The notes under the pieces: generated by a model
What the model was told of the DNA's origin: nothing
Database searches by the model: none
What the model saw: the letters and a program-made list of their open reading frames with translations, nothing else
Assembly (NCBI GenBank): GCA_964523735.1
Contig: CAZFYZ010000003.1
Span: 7,170-71,169 of the forward strand
Reading direction: 5' to 3'
DNA: 64,000 bases
From: an uncultured bacterium
Lineage (GTDB): Bacteria; Armatimonadota; UBA5829
Part shown: positions 36,853 to 46,708 of the stretch, piece after piece
How the letters are laid out: every line of letters starts with the position of its first letter
How positions within the stretch are numbered: position 1 is the first letter of the stretch
Program-made: the position numbers and the translations under genes

Positions 36853-39800
36853 ATGATAACAGACTCGTCCACCTGCCCATCGGTGGCGCGTCAGGCCCGG
36901 ACGTCCGGCCGTGAAAGGCTGGGCTTGGTACTGCTTGCCGCGCTAGCGCTCGTGCTGCCGATGTCAATATCCGCCTATGGCGGTTCGATCACCGTGCCTC
37001 TTGGTGAACTCCCAGCCTCCGCACAGGCACTGTCCGCTTCGATCAACTCGATCCACACGGGCGCAATCGAGATTCCCGGCTTCGCCATGGCCGGAGCCAG
37101 CGGTTCGCCCGCTCTGCCAAGCCGCATCATCTACATAGCCCTGCCGCCGGAGGCTGATCTCGGCTCAGTAACGATCGAGACAACGGGGCTGTTGACCCGC
37201 ATGATGCCAGGTACATATGACATCTCGCCTGTTTCGGAAGCGGCTCCGCTTGACTCTGCGACGGAGCCTGCGCCTGGGATCAGAAACGCCGCGATCTATG
37301 GGCAGGACGAGTTCTGGCCTGCCCAGCATCTCAGGGTATTGGGGACCGGACACCTTCGCACCTGGAAGGTGGCGGCTGTGGAATATACCCCCTACAGCTA
37401 CAACCCAGTGAGCGGCAGACTGCGGACCATCACCTCCAGGGCCGCAAGGCTCTCGTTCACTTCTGCGGGCACACGAGAGGCAGTCGCCGACCCGGTCGCG
37501 CGGGAGGTGTCACGTATCTGTGCCAACGCGAGCGAGGCAGCCACCTGGTATCATTCGGAAGAAAGCCAGCAGTCGAGCCAGGGCTACGCAATCATCACCA
37601 CTCAGCAGATCGTTGACTCGAGCACGAAGCTTCGCGGTTTTGCCAACCTGCAGTTCCTGAGGGGGTTCGATGTACACGTGGCGACCGAGAACGACTGGGG
37701 CGGTGGCGCGGGAGATGCGGCGGCAGAGAACATCAGGCAGTGGCTCGCCGCCAACTACCTGAACCTGGGATTGCGCTACGTCCTGCTGATCGGGAACCCC
37801 GATCCGGCCAATGGCGACGTGCCGATGAAGATGCTTTGGCCGCGCTACCGCTACACGTCTTACCGAGAGGCACCGTCCGACTACTATTACGCTGACCTGA
37901 CGGGTGACTGGGATATCGACAAGGACGGGTTCTATGGCGAACTGCCTGACGACTTCTCGGGCGGGGGGATCGACAGGCTGCCCGAGGTCTACGTCGGCCG
38001 CATTCCGTTCTACGGCAGCATCGCCGACCTCGACCGAATCCTCCAGAAGACCATGGACTACGAATCCCAGGCCCTTGGTGACTGGGCCAGCAGAGCGATC
38101 CTCGCTATGAGGCCTCTGGATTCTACGACACCTGCCTACCGACTGGGAGAGAACATCCGGCAGAGCTTCGTGGACCCGCTGGGTTTCACGGCTACCAGGC
38201 TCTACCAATCGGACTACGGCCTGGTTCCCCCACCCGATAGAATGCCGTGTACTTACGACGCGATGGCCAGTGAGTGGTCCACCGGAGCCGGGTTTGTGTG
38301 CTGGATGGCACATGGCGGGGCAACGTCGGCAGATGCAGTGATGAACTCGAGCCTGTGCAGCAGCCTGGACGACTCGAAACCATCGATCGTCTTCCAAGCC
38401 TCCTGCTACAACGGCTCCCCCGAATCGCCAGACAACCTTGCCTATTCGCTCCTACGTAACGGGGCGGTAGCGACGGTTGCGGCATCGAGGGCGTGCTGGT
38501 ACTACATAGGCGAGAGTGACTTCACGAACTCGGACAGTGCCGGGGGCATCGCCTATCAGTATGCCGGGCTGGTGATGTCGAACAAGAGCTGCGGGCAGGC
38601 GATCTCCGATGCCCGACTGAGGGTACCGGCGTGCCTTTGGCAGAACCATCTCGTGTTCAACCTCTATGGTGATCCGTCGGCGGGGTTCGGCGGACCCGTG
38701 CCTGGGGCCGTGGCGGGAATGGTTTCGACCGTCACTGGAGAGCCCGTTTCAGGAGCCGTTGTTGAGACAGCGGACCGCGATGCGTCGGCTCTGACGGCAG
38801 ATGATGGAAGCTATCTACTGCGAGGGCTCGCAGTCGGGGCGCAACAAGTAGTTGTCTCGGCTGAAGGCTTCTGCTCTCAGACTTTCACTGAGGTCCCCGT
38901 CAGCCATGCAAGCACTACTAGACTAGATGCCTATCTGTCGCGGGCGTCCTATGGCGCGATAGCCGGACGAGTCTGCGACGCATACGGCGCGCCCCTGCCT
39001 GATGCAGTTGTGCGGGTGGAGAACACCGGACTCAGCGCGACCTCGGGCGCTGACGGAAGCTACTTGATAGCTGACGTGCCGGTGGGCCACTACAGGCTCG
39101 TGGCATCCAAGCACCCGTTAACTCAGGAGACGATCCCGGAGTGCGCGGTGGCGGAAGGCAGTGTAACGGTGGTGGACGTAATGCTGGCCTGTGAGAGCGG
39201 CAGTGCCATCGTCAACGGCGGATTTGAAGAGGAGTTCGTGGACGGCGTGGCCATAGGCTGGACGGCTTATTCGACCGCTGGCTACTCCGGCTTTCCGATG
39301 CAAGGCCCTAACTACCGGAAGTACGGCAAGTCTTCGCAGGCCCTGTTGGCGCCTCCGGGCGTGGAGGGCGCGTCAGTCGGCATCTGCCAGGCCGCCAATG
39401 TGCTGCCGGGGAAACGGTACTCGCTGGTGGTGTGGGCTCGAGACGGCGTGGAGGGAGAGGACATAGATCCGGCCGGGACGATCGTCTGCCGGCTCGGATA
39501 TGACCCAACCGGAGGCTCCAACCCAACTGCCCCAAGCGTTGTATGGCGCGCCTGCGATCCAATCCACGATGTCTGGCGAGCAGTATTCACCGACCTGACG
39601 CCTCACACCACAACCATGACCGTGTTTCTGGAGGCCAGACGGGCCTCCACAGGCGGCAGTCAAGACTGCTGCGCGTGGTTCGATGGAGCGGCGCTGATCG
39701 GCCCGGTGGCCTCGCCCTCTGTGCCCTTGGTGAGCGTTCCCAGCCTCTACATGACCGAGGACGAGGCCCTGTTCGCAACCTGGTCCTGTCCCGATCTTGA

Positions 39801-40548
39801 TATAGCGTCCTATGAGTGGGCTGTGGGTTCGACCGCTGATGAGAGCGGCGTGCTGCCAGGCGGGGAATGGGCCAGTGCAGGACTACAGACTGCTGGCGAG
39901 AGGCGGGGAGTGCCTCTGGCAAACGGTGACGCGGTGAAAGTGATCGTTCGGGCCAGAAACCAGGCGGGCGGCCTGAGTGGAATCGGAGCGTCCCAAGCGA
40001 TCAGAGTAGTCGCGGAAGTCGCGAGCATAGCCGATGCAAAGAGTCTGCCGGATGGCGTGTGGGTGCGCCTGAAGAACGTGCGGGTGAGCAGGATGGGACT
40101 TGGGCCTGTCTGCTATGTGCAGGAGGCTGATCGGAGCGCGGGGATCGAGGCTGTCGGCGATCGGTCCCGAATGCCTTACGTCGCGCCGGGGACCAAGGCC
40201 ACACTGATCGGGCGTCTGGCGAGCCGGGGACCGATGCGGATAATGGCTGATGCCGAACTGATGCCCTCTGTCGTCATCGCCGCTCCACGACCTATTGGGG
40301 TTCGCGCGAGCTGGCTCAACGACAGTTCGAGCGACTACACTGGCATGCTCATCATGGTCATTGGCCGCGTCACGAACGCGGCATCTGATGGGTTTGCGGT
40401 TGATGATGGCTCAGTCCCCGGAGGCATCCCCGTGATCCGTGAGACACCCGTGCCCGTTGATGTGGGTGGGTTCGTCAGGGTCATCGGGATCTGGACTCCG
40501 GACGGGCTCGTGCTATGCGGCGAGGGGGATCTTGCCAAACTGAACTGA
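36853..40548 (+). CDS. peptidase C25 (gingipain-like) family protein with carboxypeptidase-regulatory-like domains
   Basis: Four motifs align with gingipain catalytic regions: LLIGNPD, the D..YGE...EVYVGRIP region, the His region CWMAHGG and the Cys region QASCYNGSP. The NLYGDPSAG motif also aligns. Two CarbopepD_reg-like segments are present. Confidence 0.8.
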   Translation: MITDSSTCPSVARQARTSGRERLGLVLLAALALVLPMSISAYGGSITVPLGELPASAQALSASINSIHTGAIEIPGFAMAGASGSPALPSRIIYIALPPEADLGSVTIETTGLLTRMMPGTYDISPVSEAAPLDSATEPAPGIRNAAIYGQDEFWPAQHLRVLGTGHLRTWKVAAVEYTPYSYNPVSGRLRTITSRAARLSFTSAGTREAVADPVAREVSRICANASEAATWYHSEESQQSSQGYAIITTQQIVDSSTKLRGFANLQFLRGFDVHVATENDWGGGAGDAAAENIRQWLAANYLNLGLRYVLLIGNPDPANGDVPMKMLWPRYRYTSYREAPSDYYYADLTGDWDIDKDGFYGELPDDFSGGGIDRLPEVYVGRIPFYGSIADLDRILQKTMDYESQALGDWASRAILAMRPLDSTTPAYRLGENIRQSFVDPLGFTATRLYQSDYGLVPPPDRMPCTYDAMASEWSTGAGFVCWMAHGGATSADAVMNSSLCSSLDDSKPSIVFQASCYNGSPESPDNLAYSLLRNGAVATVAASRACWYYIGESDFTNSDSAGGIAYQYAGLVMSNKSCGQAISDARLRVPACLWQNHLVFNLYGDPSAGFGGPVPGAVAGMVSTVTGEPVSGAVVETADRDASALTADDGSYLLRGLAVGAQQVVVSAEGFCSQTFTEVPVSHASTTRLDAYLSRASYGAIAGRVCDAYGAPLPDAVVRVENTGLSATSGADGSYLIADVPVGHYRLVASKHPLTQETIPECAVAEGSVTVVDVMLACESGSAIVNGGFEEEFVDGVAIGWTAYSTAGYSGFPMQGPNYRKYGKSSQALLAPPGVEGASVGICQAANVLPGKRYSLVVWARDGVEGEDIDPAGTIVCRLGYDPTGGSNPTAPSVVWRACDPIHDVWRAVFTDLTPHTTTMTVFLEARRASTGGSQDCCAWFDGAALIGPVASPSVPLVSVPSLYMTEDEALFATWSCPDLDIASYEWAVGSTADESGVLPGGEWASAGLQTAGERRGVPLANGDAVKVIVRARNQAGGLSGIGASQAIRVVAEVASIADAKSLPDGVWVRLKNVRVSRMGLGPVCYVQEADRSAGIEAVGDRSRMPYVAPGTKATLIGRLASRGPMRIMADAELMPSVVIAAPRPIGVRASWLNDSSSDYTGMLIMVIGRVTNAASDGFAVDDGSVPGGIPVIRETPVPVDVGGFVRVIGIWTPDGLVLCGEGDLAKLN

Positions 40549-41775
40549 GCGCGCCGGCCTGGTAAGGACAAGCTCATCGACTACTGTGCCGTCAGCCTTG
40601 ACCGTCCTGGTGGTGAGCGTGGTCGCGGTAACTTCTATGACCATATAGTTGGGCTGAGTCAGCGGATTATAGAAGAAGGCGTTGTGCTTGTGCCTTGATA
40701 CTCTGCGGTAGGTCTTGGTGCCGCTGCGGCCGATGACGTAGTAGACTACGCCGCCGATCGGACGCGTGCGCGCGACCGCGTGGTCGTGACCGCTCAGCAC
40801 AAGATCGACGCCGTGCTTCTCAAACACAGGGGAAAACGCCTTCCTGATTGCAGTATTGTCTCTGCCGCGCATCAGCGAGTAGGTAGGCTTGTGGAAGAGG
40901 ACGATCCTCCAAGTGGCGTCTGAGGCAGCCAGGTCAGCATCCAGCCAGTCGCGCTGTAATGCCAGCCCGTTACGCAGCCTCTGCTCACTTGTCTGGCTAT
41001 CAAGCACCACGAAGTGGACAGAGCCGTAGTCCCAGGAGTAGACCTGGTTCTTGAGCTTCTTCGGGCCGTTCTGGGGGAGACGGAACTGCGCGTTCCAGAA
41101 GGCTGGTCTGCGTGTATCCCATGAGCCAATAGTCTCGTGGTTTCCGAACGCGGGCATGACCGGGATTGTGTCGACCACCCCCGCCGCTGCGGCAAACCAG
41201 TCATTCCAGTGCCCGCCACTCTGCCCGACATCGACCATGTCGCCGGTCATTACCATGAACCGTGTGTCCGGGTTCGCCCGGAAGGCGTTGTGCACGGTCT
41301 TGCCCCACGTTGAGTAAGGCGAGCGCCCGCCTGCCACGCTCTGGCTGTCACCGAATGCCAGGAACTTGAACTTTTCGGCGGTAGGATCGGCGGTTACGAA
41401 TGTGTGGGTTGGACTCCAGACAACGCCGTCCCCAACCCTGTAGGCGTAACGTGTGCCAGGGGTAAGGTCTGTCAGCTTCGACGTGAAAAGACGGGACCTG
41501 CCGAGGTCGGTGATGAAGTCCGATGGGCTGGCCACGATCCTGCGCGCATCGCTGGCTACCGAGTCCCCTTCCTGGAACTGCACGAAGCCCATGGTCACAG
41601 ACGGATCCGTGCGCCAGGTAATGGTCATGCTGGTGGCGGGATTGCCAGTCCAAGTGAGGGTAATATGATCCGGTCGAGCCGTAGGGCTGAAGCGCGCGGC
41701 CTGGACGCTGACGTTCGAAGGGCAGGCAAGCGTGAGCACAAGCAGCCAGGGCAGTATCAGAACAAGACGTCTCAC
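40513..41775 (-). CDS. purple acid phosphatase-like metallophosphoesterase (secreted)
   Basis: Signal peptide present. The motifs are GDSQ, GDMVD, GNHE and GHDH. An N-terminal Fn3-like PAP domain is present. Confidence 0.85.
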   Translation of the reverse strand: MRRLVLILPWLLVLTLACPSNVSVQAARFSPTARPDHITLTWTGNPATSMTITWRTDPSVTMGFVQFQEGDSVASDARRIVASPSDFITDLGRSRLFTSKLTDLTPGTRYAYRVGDGVVWSPTHTFVTADPTAEKFKFLAFGDSQSVAGGRSPYSTWGKTVHNAFRANPDTRFMVMTGDMVDVGQSGGHWNDWFAAAAGVVDTIPVMPAFGNHETIGSWDTRRPAFWNAQFRLPQNGPKKLKNQVYSWDYGSVHFVVLDSQTSEQRLRNGLALQRDWLDADLAASDATWRIVLFHKPTYSLMRGRDNTAIRKAFSPVFEKHGVDLVLSGHDHAVARTRPIGGVVYYVIGRSGTKTYRRVSRHKHNAFFYNPLTQPNYMVIEVTATTLTTRTVKADGTVVDELVLTRPARSVQFGKIPLAA

Positions 41776-42329
41776 TTGTGTTCCGCCTTCGGCTGCTCTA
41801 TGATCCAGCGAACGGCATCGGTCAGGTCTTCCGCCACAAAGTCCGGGGCGCGAGGGCTTGCGTGGATGCTCTCACGCGTGAGCGTGCCCGTGAGCACCGC
41901 AACGGTTCTGCATCCGGCAGTGCTGCCAGCGACAATGTCCTTGCCGTTATCGCCGACCATGAATGAGTTCTCAAGTTCAATGCCGTGCTCTCTCGCCGCC
42001 TGCAGGATCAGCCCCGGTTCGGGTTTTCGGCAAGTACAACCGTCAGAAGCCATGTGCGTGCAGTAGTAGAACCCGGCGATGCGGCCGCCAACCTCGTTGA
42101 CCTGCCGTGTAATCTCGTCCTGAATGGCCAACAGGTCTTCAGGCGAGACGAGGCCCTTCGCCACGCACTGCTGATTCGAGATCACAATCACCTCGAAACC
42201 AGCGTCGTTGAGCTTGCGGACAGCTTCAGGAACGTAGGGGAAGACTCGAAGTTCTCGTAGGGACTTGACGTAGTCGTCACGGTCCTCGTTGATGACTCCG
42301 TCGCGGTCCAGGAAGACTGCTTTTGGCAT
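41772..42329 (-). CDS. gmhB: D-glycero-D-manno-heptose 1,7-bisphosphate phosphatase GmhB (HAD-IIIA)
   Basis: FLDRDGVIN motif plus the CTHMASDGCTCRKP zinc motif. Confidence 0.85.
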   Translation of the reverse strand: MPKAVFLDRDGVINEDRDDYVKSLRELRVFPYVPEAVRKLNDAGFEVIVISNQQCVAKGLVSPEDLLAIQDEITRQVNEVGGRIAGFYYCTHMASDGCTCRKPEPGLILQAAREHGIELENSFMVGDNGKDIVAGSTAGCRTVAVLTGTLTRESIHASPRAPDFVAEDLTDAVRWIIEQPKAEHK

Positions 42330-42336
42330 GCCGAGG

Positions 42337-42894
42337 TTAGTTCTCCGGATTGATCATACGAGTATAGAGCAAGTGGCCTATCACGAGGTGGACGTCCTCG
42401 ATCCGCTGCATACTGTCGCTCTTGACGACGATCGACTTCTGCGCGAGCTTGGCAAGCTGCCCGCCCGAGAAGCCGGTGAGACCGATAGTCACGCCGCCCA
42501 TTTCATTTGCTTTCTTTACTGCGTTCAAAACGTTGGGCGAGTTCCCGCTGCCACTGATTGCGACGACGACGTCGCCCGGGTTCAGGAGGCTTTCGATCTG
42601 CTCCGCATATATGCAATCATAGCACGTATCGTTCGCCCAGGCGGTGATTAACGGGATGTTCTCCGTGAGCGAGATGACCTTGAAGCGCTTGCCGGTGTAC
42701 TCCTTGACGGACTTCTGCATATCCTCCGCGATGTGGGTGGCGTTGGCCGCGCTGCCGCCGTTGCCAAGGAAGAAGACTTGCCTGTCTTCGGCATGAGCTT
42801 TGCGCAGGATGCCGGTGATCTCGTCGATCTCTGCCTCATCGAGCGCAGAGATGGCTTCCTTGACCGCGATCAGGTAGTCCTTAGTCAGCGACAT
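42337..42894 (-). CDS. gmhA: phosphoheptose isomerase GmhA (SIS domain)
   Basis: FFLGNGGSAANATH and VAISGSGNS SIS motifs. Confidence 0.9.
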   Translation of the reverse strand: MSLTKDYLIAVKEAISALDEAEIDEITGILRKAHAEDRQVFFLGNGGSAANATHIAEDMQKSVKEYTGKRFKVISLTENIPLITAWANDTCYDCIYAEQIESLLNPGDVVVAISGSGNSPNVLNAVKKANEMGGVTIGLTGFSGGQLAKLAQKSIVVKSDSMQRIEDVHLVIGHLLYTRMINPEN

Positions 42895-42897
42895 CTC

Positions 42898-43899
42898 CTA
42901 CCTCCTCACGTTGAATATGACTTTTGATCCGTCCCTGGCGAGCGTAATGGGCAGTTCGCGCAGATCGCCGAGCTTCTTTCTGACGGCCGAACGGTTCTCA
43001 GGCGGCGTGCAGACGAGGAAGAATCCGCCCCCGCCCGCGCCCGTGATCTTGCAGCCGAGCGCGCCAGCTGAGATAGCCTTGTCGAGCAGTTCATCAATCT
43101 GTGGGTTAGTGATGTTGCTTGCGAGCTGCTTCTTCTTCTGCCAGCCATCACGAAGCGTCTGGCCGAGAGAAGCTATTGCGCCCGTCTTCAGATGCCTGGC
43201 AAGCTCATCGCTCTGATCACGCATCTCGGTCAGGACCTTCATCCTGCTGGCGATGTTGCTCCTCTGCTCTGAGAGCACATCCGACGACTTGCGCGTAACG
43301 CCCGTGTAGAACAGAAGCAGGCTCTCGTTAAGACGCTGCCTGGCGCTCTCTTCCAGCGCTATCGAGCTGACCTCGACTTCCTCATTCGGGTAGAACCTGA
43401 AATGCCTCAACCCTCCGTACGCTGCTATGTACTGATCCTGTTTGCCGATAGGCTTGCCGAGAACGTCGATCTCTATTCGGCAGGCTTCGCGCGCCAATCG
43501 TTCGGCATTCACGAACTCGCCTTTGTAGGCGTAAAGTGCGTTCAGCAGGCCGACGGTCACAGTGCTGGATGAGCCCAGTCCGGAACCTTCCGAGGGCACG
43601 TCGGCCATCGTCGAGATTTCAATGCCTCTGTCGACCCCCACCAGGCGCATGGCCTCGCGAGCCAACTCGTGCTGAATCTCGTGGACCGACGGGACCATCT
43701 CGGTCTTGGTGTAGCCGACGCGGATCAGGTCGTCGAAACGCTCCTTAACGACGACATAGATATACTTGTCGATCGCGCTGGAGACGACGCTGCCGTAGTC
43801 CTTGTCGTAGAACCCTCTCAAATCTGTCCCACCGCCCGCGAAGCTGATGCGCAGTGGAGTCTGGGTTATGATCACGCCTGAGGGCCTCCTATCTACCAA
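42898..43899 (-). CDS. GHMP-family sugar kinase, D-glycero-alpha-D-manno-heptose 7-phosphate kinase (HddA-like)
   Basis: TPLRISFAGGGTDL and PSEGSGLGSSS GHMP motifs. It is the first gene of the hddA-gmhA-gmhB operon. Confidence 0.8.
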   Translation of the reverse strand: MVDRRPSGVIITQTPLRISFAGGGTDLRGFYDKDYGSVVSSAIDKYIYVVVKERFDDLIRVGYTKTEMVPSVHEIQHELAREAMRLVGVDRGIEISTMADVPSEGSGLGSSSTVTVGLLNALYAYKGEFVNAERLAREACRIEIDVLGKPIGKQDQYIAAYGGLRHFRFYPNEEVEVSSIALEESARQRLNESLLLFYTGVTRKSSDVLSEQRSNIASRMKVLTEMRDQSDELARHLKTGAIASLGQTLRDGWQKKKQLASNITNPQIDELLDKAISAGALGCKITGAGGGGFFLVCTPPENRSAVRKKLGDLRELPITLARDGSKVIFNVRR

Positions 43900-44042
43900 C
43901 TGATTCTACCACATGCCCGTATGCCATCCAAACAGGATTGACCCACAAAAGGGTTCCAGGCATGTTTCATCGAACACAGCATAGAGAGTGCTGGCCACTG
44001 TCCCAGGTTCCGGCTGCAGACATAGAAAAGAGGAAAGCCATT

Positions 44043-45122
44043 ATGTCACGAGTTTTCAACTTCAACGCTGGCCCCGCCGCATTGCCCCTGCCTGTCCTTG
44101 AGAAGGCACAGGCAGAGTTACTGGACCTCGCCGGCAGTGGTATGTCGGTCATGGAGATGTCGCACCGCTCAAAAGAGTATGCGGCGGTCAACGATCAGGC
44201 TGAGGCAAACGTCCGCAGGCTCTTGGGAGTCTCTGATGACTACGCCGTTCTGTTCCTCCAGGGGGGAGCCAGTCTGCAGTTCGCGATGATCCCCATGAAC
44301 CTCCGCCGGCCTGGCAAGAGCGCCGATTTCGTTGATACGGGCAGTTGGGCCTCGAAAGCGATCAAAGAGGCCAAACTCACCGGGGCGGCCAACGTGGTCT
44401 GGTCAGGCAAGGAAGAGAGCTACATGCGCGCGCCGAAGCAGGCGGAGCTGAAGCTGAGCCCCGATGCAGAGTATGTGCATATTTGCTCGAACGAGACCAT
44501 TGGCGGAATCCGATTCCCCGAGTTCCCGACGACACAAGCGCCGCTGGTTGCTGATATGTCCAGCGAGATCATGTCCCGCGTGATCGACGTGAGCAAGTTC
44601 GGGATGATCTACGCCGGAGCACAGAAGAACATCGGCCCATCCGGGCTGGCACTGGTGATCATCCGGAAAGATCTCATCGAGCGCACGCCGGATACTGTTC
44701 CGATCTTCCTACGCTACGCGACGCACGCGGAAGAGAAGAGCCTCTACAACACCCCGAACACATGGGGAGTTTATGTGCTCAAGCTCGTCACGGACTGGAT
44801 GGAGAGCCTCGGGGGAGTCGCAGGCATGCAGAAGATTAACGAGAAGAAGGCGGCGACCTTGTACGGCCTGATCGACTCCAGCGACTTCTGGCGATCCCCA
44901 ACGGACAAAGACAGCCGCTCGATTATGAACGTAGTCTGGCGGCTGCCGAGCGAGGAACTCGAGGAGCAATTCGTGAGCGAGGCCAAGAAAGCCGGCATGA
45001 TCGGACTGAAGGGCCATCGCAGCGTGGGAGGCATCCGCGCATCGATCTACAACGCCGTCCCGCAGGAGGCAGTAGACGCGCTGGTGGCGTTTATGAAGGA
45101 GTTTGAGAAGAAGAACGGGTAG
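44043..45122 (+). CDS. serC: phosphoserine aminotransferase SerC
   Basis: The N-terminus MSRVFNFNAGPAALP is a canonical SerC N-terminus. AAGAGGAAAG RBS. The ORF-track start at 43938 is an upstream extension. Confidence 0.9.
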   Translation: MSRVFNFNAGPAALPLPVLEKAQAELLDLAGSGMSVMEMSHRSKEYAAVNDQAEANVRRLLGVSDDYAVLFLQGGASLQFAMIPMNLRRPGKSADFVDTGSWASKAIKEAKLTGAANVVWSGKEESYMRAPKQAELKLSPDAEYVHICSNETIGGIRFPEFPTTQAPLVADMSSEIMSRVIDVSKFGMIYAGAQKNIGPSGLALVIIRKDLIERTPDTVPIFLRYATHAEEKSLYNTPNTWGVYVLKLVTDWMESLGGVAGMQKINEKKAATLYGLIDSSDFWRSPTDKDSRSIMNVVWRLPSEELEEQFVSEAKKAGMIGLKGHRSVGGIRASIYNAVPQEAVDALVAFMKEFEKKNG

Positions 45123-45156
45123 GTCCGGCGCGGATAGCGGATAGCTGATAGCTGAT

Positions 45157-45185
45157 GGCCCGGGGGAAATCCCGGGCCATCTTTG
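45157..45185. terminator. bidirectional terminator hairpin (GATGGCCCGGG-ggaaat-CCCGGGCCATC) between convergent serC and the Cys-rich gene
   Basis: 11-bp perfect stem. Followed by TTTGCAG. Confidence 0.5.
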
Positions 45186-45284
45186 CAGCGAGAACAGGCG
45201 AGCAGTGTAAGCACAGCTGCTCCCGTCACACGTGCTGTGGGACGAGCTTAGGCTTGGAGATGGTCTCCCGGTCCTGCCCTATGC

Positions 45285-45863
45285 TTACAGCGGATCAAAC
45301 AGGAACGTGCACGGCCTCGTCCCGGCACTCTCCAGGGCGGACGATCTGACGGTCATGTTCAGCTTCCTCCCGAGGGCGTTCTGCAGGTGGTGCTTGATGT
45401 GCCCGCCGCAACAGTAGCAGTAGGTGACGGAGACGGGGTCACCGGCTTTTGGCAGGCACACGCATCTGTAGCTTTCGAGGCCCTCCGGAGCGAAGCTGAC
45501 CAGGACGCGGCCGTCGTTCTGCATCGTCACACTGTGGCCGAAGACGAACCTGGCCTCGTTGGCAGCTTCAATGCGGTCTTCCAGGCTCTCGTGCTTCTTG
45601 GCGATGCCCTTGCTGACCTCGAGTCGCTTGCCACCAAGGCAGCACGCGCAGGCTTCGCGCACGGCATGGCGGGTATTGGCATCCAGCAGCTCGTCCATCT
45701 TAGCCATCGCCTGTCGCATCCACGCGGCCTTCTTCTGGGGGGTCCAGCTTTTGCGGACGTCCTCGCCACCCTCGATGATCTGGCCGATGATCGCCTGATC
45801 TATCCCTGCGCTCGCAAGCTTGTCGGCGAGGACCTTAATCCTGCCGTATTCGTAGTCCGCCAT
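45285..45863 (-). CDS. Cys-rich hypothetical protein (CACC...CVC...CYCCGGH)
   Basis: The ORF is intact with host codon usage. No family was recognised with confidence. Confidence 0.6.
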   Translation of the reverse strand: MADYEYGRIKVLADKLASAGIDQAIIGQIIEGGEDVRKSWTPQKKAAWMRQAMAKMDELLDANTRHAVREACACCLGGKRLEVSKGIAKKHESLEDRIEAANEARFVFGHSVTMQNDGRVLVSFAPEGLESYRCVCLPKAGDPVSVTYCYCCGGHIKHHLQNALGRKLNMTVRSSALESAGTRPCTFLFDPL

Positions 45864-46039
45864 TGGTTTCCTCCTTAGTCAAGGTCACTTGCCCTCTTCT
45901 CACTGATCGTGGGGCTGCGCTTCATGATTATACGTCAACTCAACTCGGGCGGCCGCAGGAACTGTGGGTAAATCATGAATAGACCGTCTCGCCGGTTCAC
46001 GGCTGGGCGAGCCGGTACTACAGACATGGTGCAACTGCA

Positions 46040-46633
46040 ATGGAAGAACGAGTGGAGACAATGGACGAACTCGAGGGGCTGCGCAAGGACTGGTGGCTCT
46101 ACATGCTCCTCGGGGTCGGTTTGGTAATACTGGGGCTGTTGGTGATAAGCACCCCAGCCATTACGGCAGTGGCAGTCACGACTGTTGTCGGCATTCTGCT
46201 CATTGCCAGTGCCATAGTGCAGGGCGTGTATGCGTTCAAGTTCTACGCGAAACCCGGGCGGACACTTCTGCAGGTGTTCGTGGCGATACTATACGCTCTT
46301 GCCGGGGTAGCCTTGCTATCGCGCCCGATCATCGGAGCCGTCACACTGACGATACTGCTCGCGATCTACTTCTTTGCAAAGGGCATAGTCAAGATCGTGG
46401 CGGCGTTCGAGATGAGACGCCATCTACCGCACTGGGGCTGGATGCTCTTTGGAGGCATCCTGTCGCTGATCCTGGGGCTGCTGATAGCGGCGAGTTGGCC
46501 GAGTTCGGCGCTCTGGGCAATAGCGCTGCTGCTGGGCATCGACCTGATGGTCGCCGGGTGGACGATCATCGTTCTGAGCGTGTCCGCACACGCAGCATTC
46601 GGACGCACGCAGAGGTTAGCGGGGCAGCACTAG
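46040..46633 (+). CDS. HdeD-family (DUF308) membrane protein
   Basis: Six TM helices in the paired-repeat arrangement typical of HdeD. The start may be ATG 46061. Confidence 0.7.
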   Translation: MEERVETMDELEGLRKDWWLYMLLGVGLVILGLLVISTPAITAVAVTTVVGILLIASAIVQGVYAFKFYAKPGRTLLQVFVAILYALAGVALLSRPIIGAVTLTILLAIYFFAKGIVKIVAAFEMRRHLPHWGWMLFGGILSLILGLLIAASWPSSALWAIALLLGIDLMVAGWTIIVLSVSAHAAFGRTQRLAGQH

Positions 46634-46648
46634 CGCGATCGGCAACTG

Positions 46649-46700
46649 TTGTAGTCGGCGTCTCTGACGCCGTCCGAGGGGTCAGAGACCCCTGCTACAG
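46649..46700. repeat. 52-bp MITE/REP-like element: TTGTAG-tc-GGCGTCtctGACGCC-gtccgag-GGGTCagaGACCCC-tg-CTACAG
   Basis: It has the same architecture and length as the element at 16665-16716. Confidence 0.8.
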
Positions 46701-46708
46701 CGCCTCTG

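Noticed and set aside
43938-44042. Upstream extension of serC from ATG 43938
   Set aside because: A canonical SerC N-terminus (MSRVFNFNAGPA) with a strong RBS begins at 44043. The extension has no homology.
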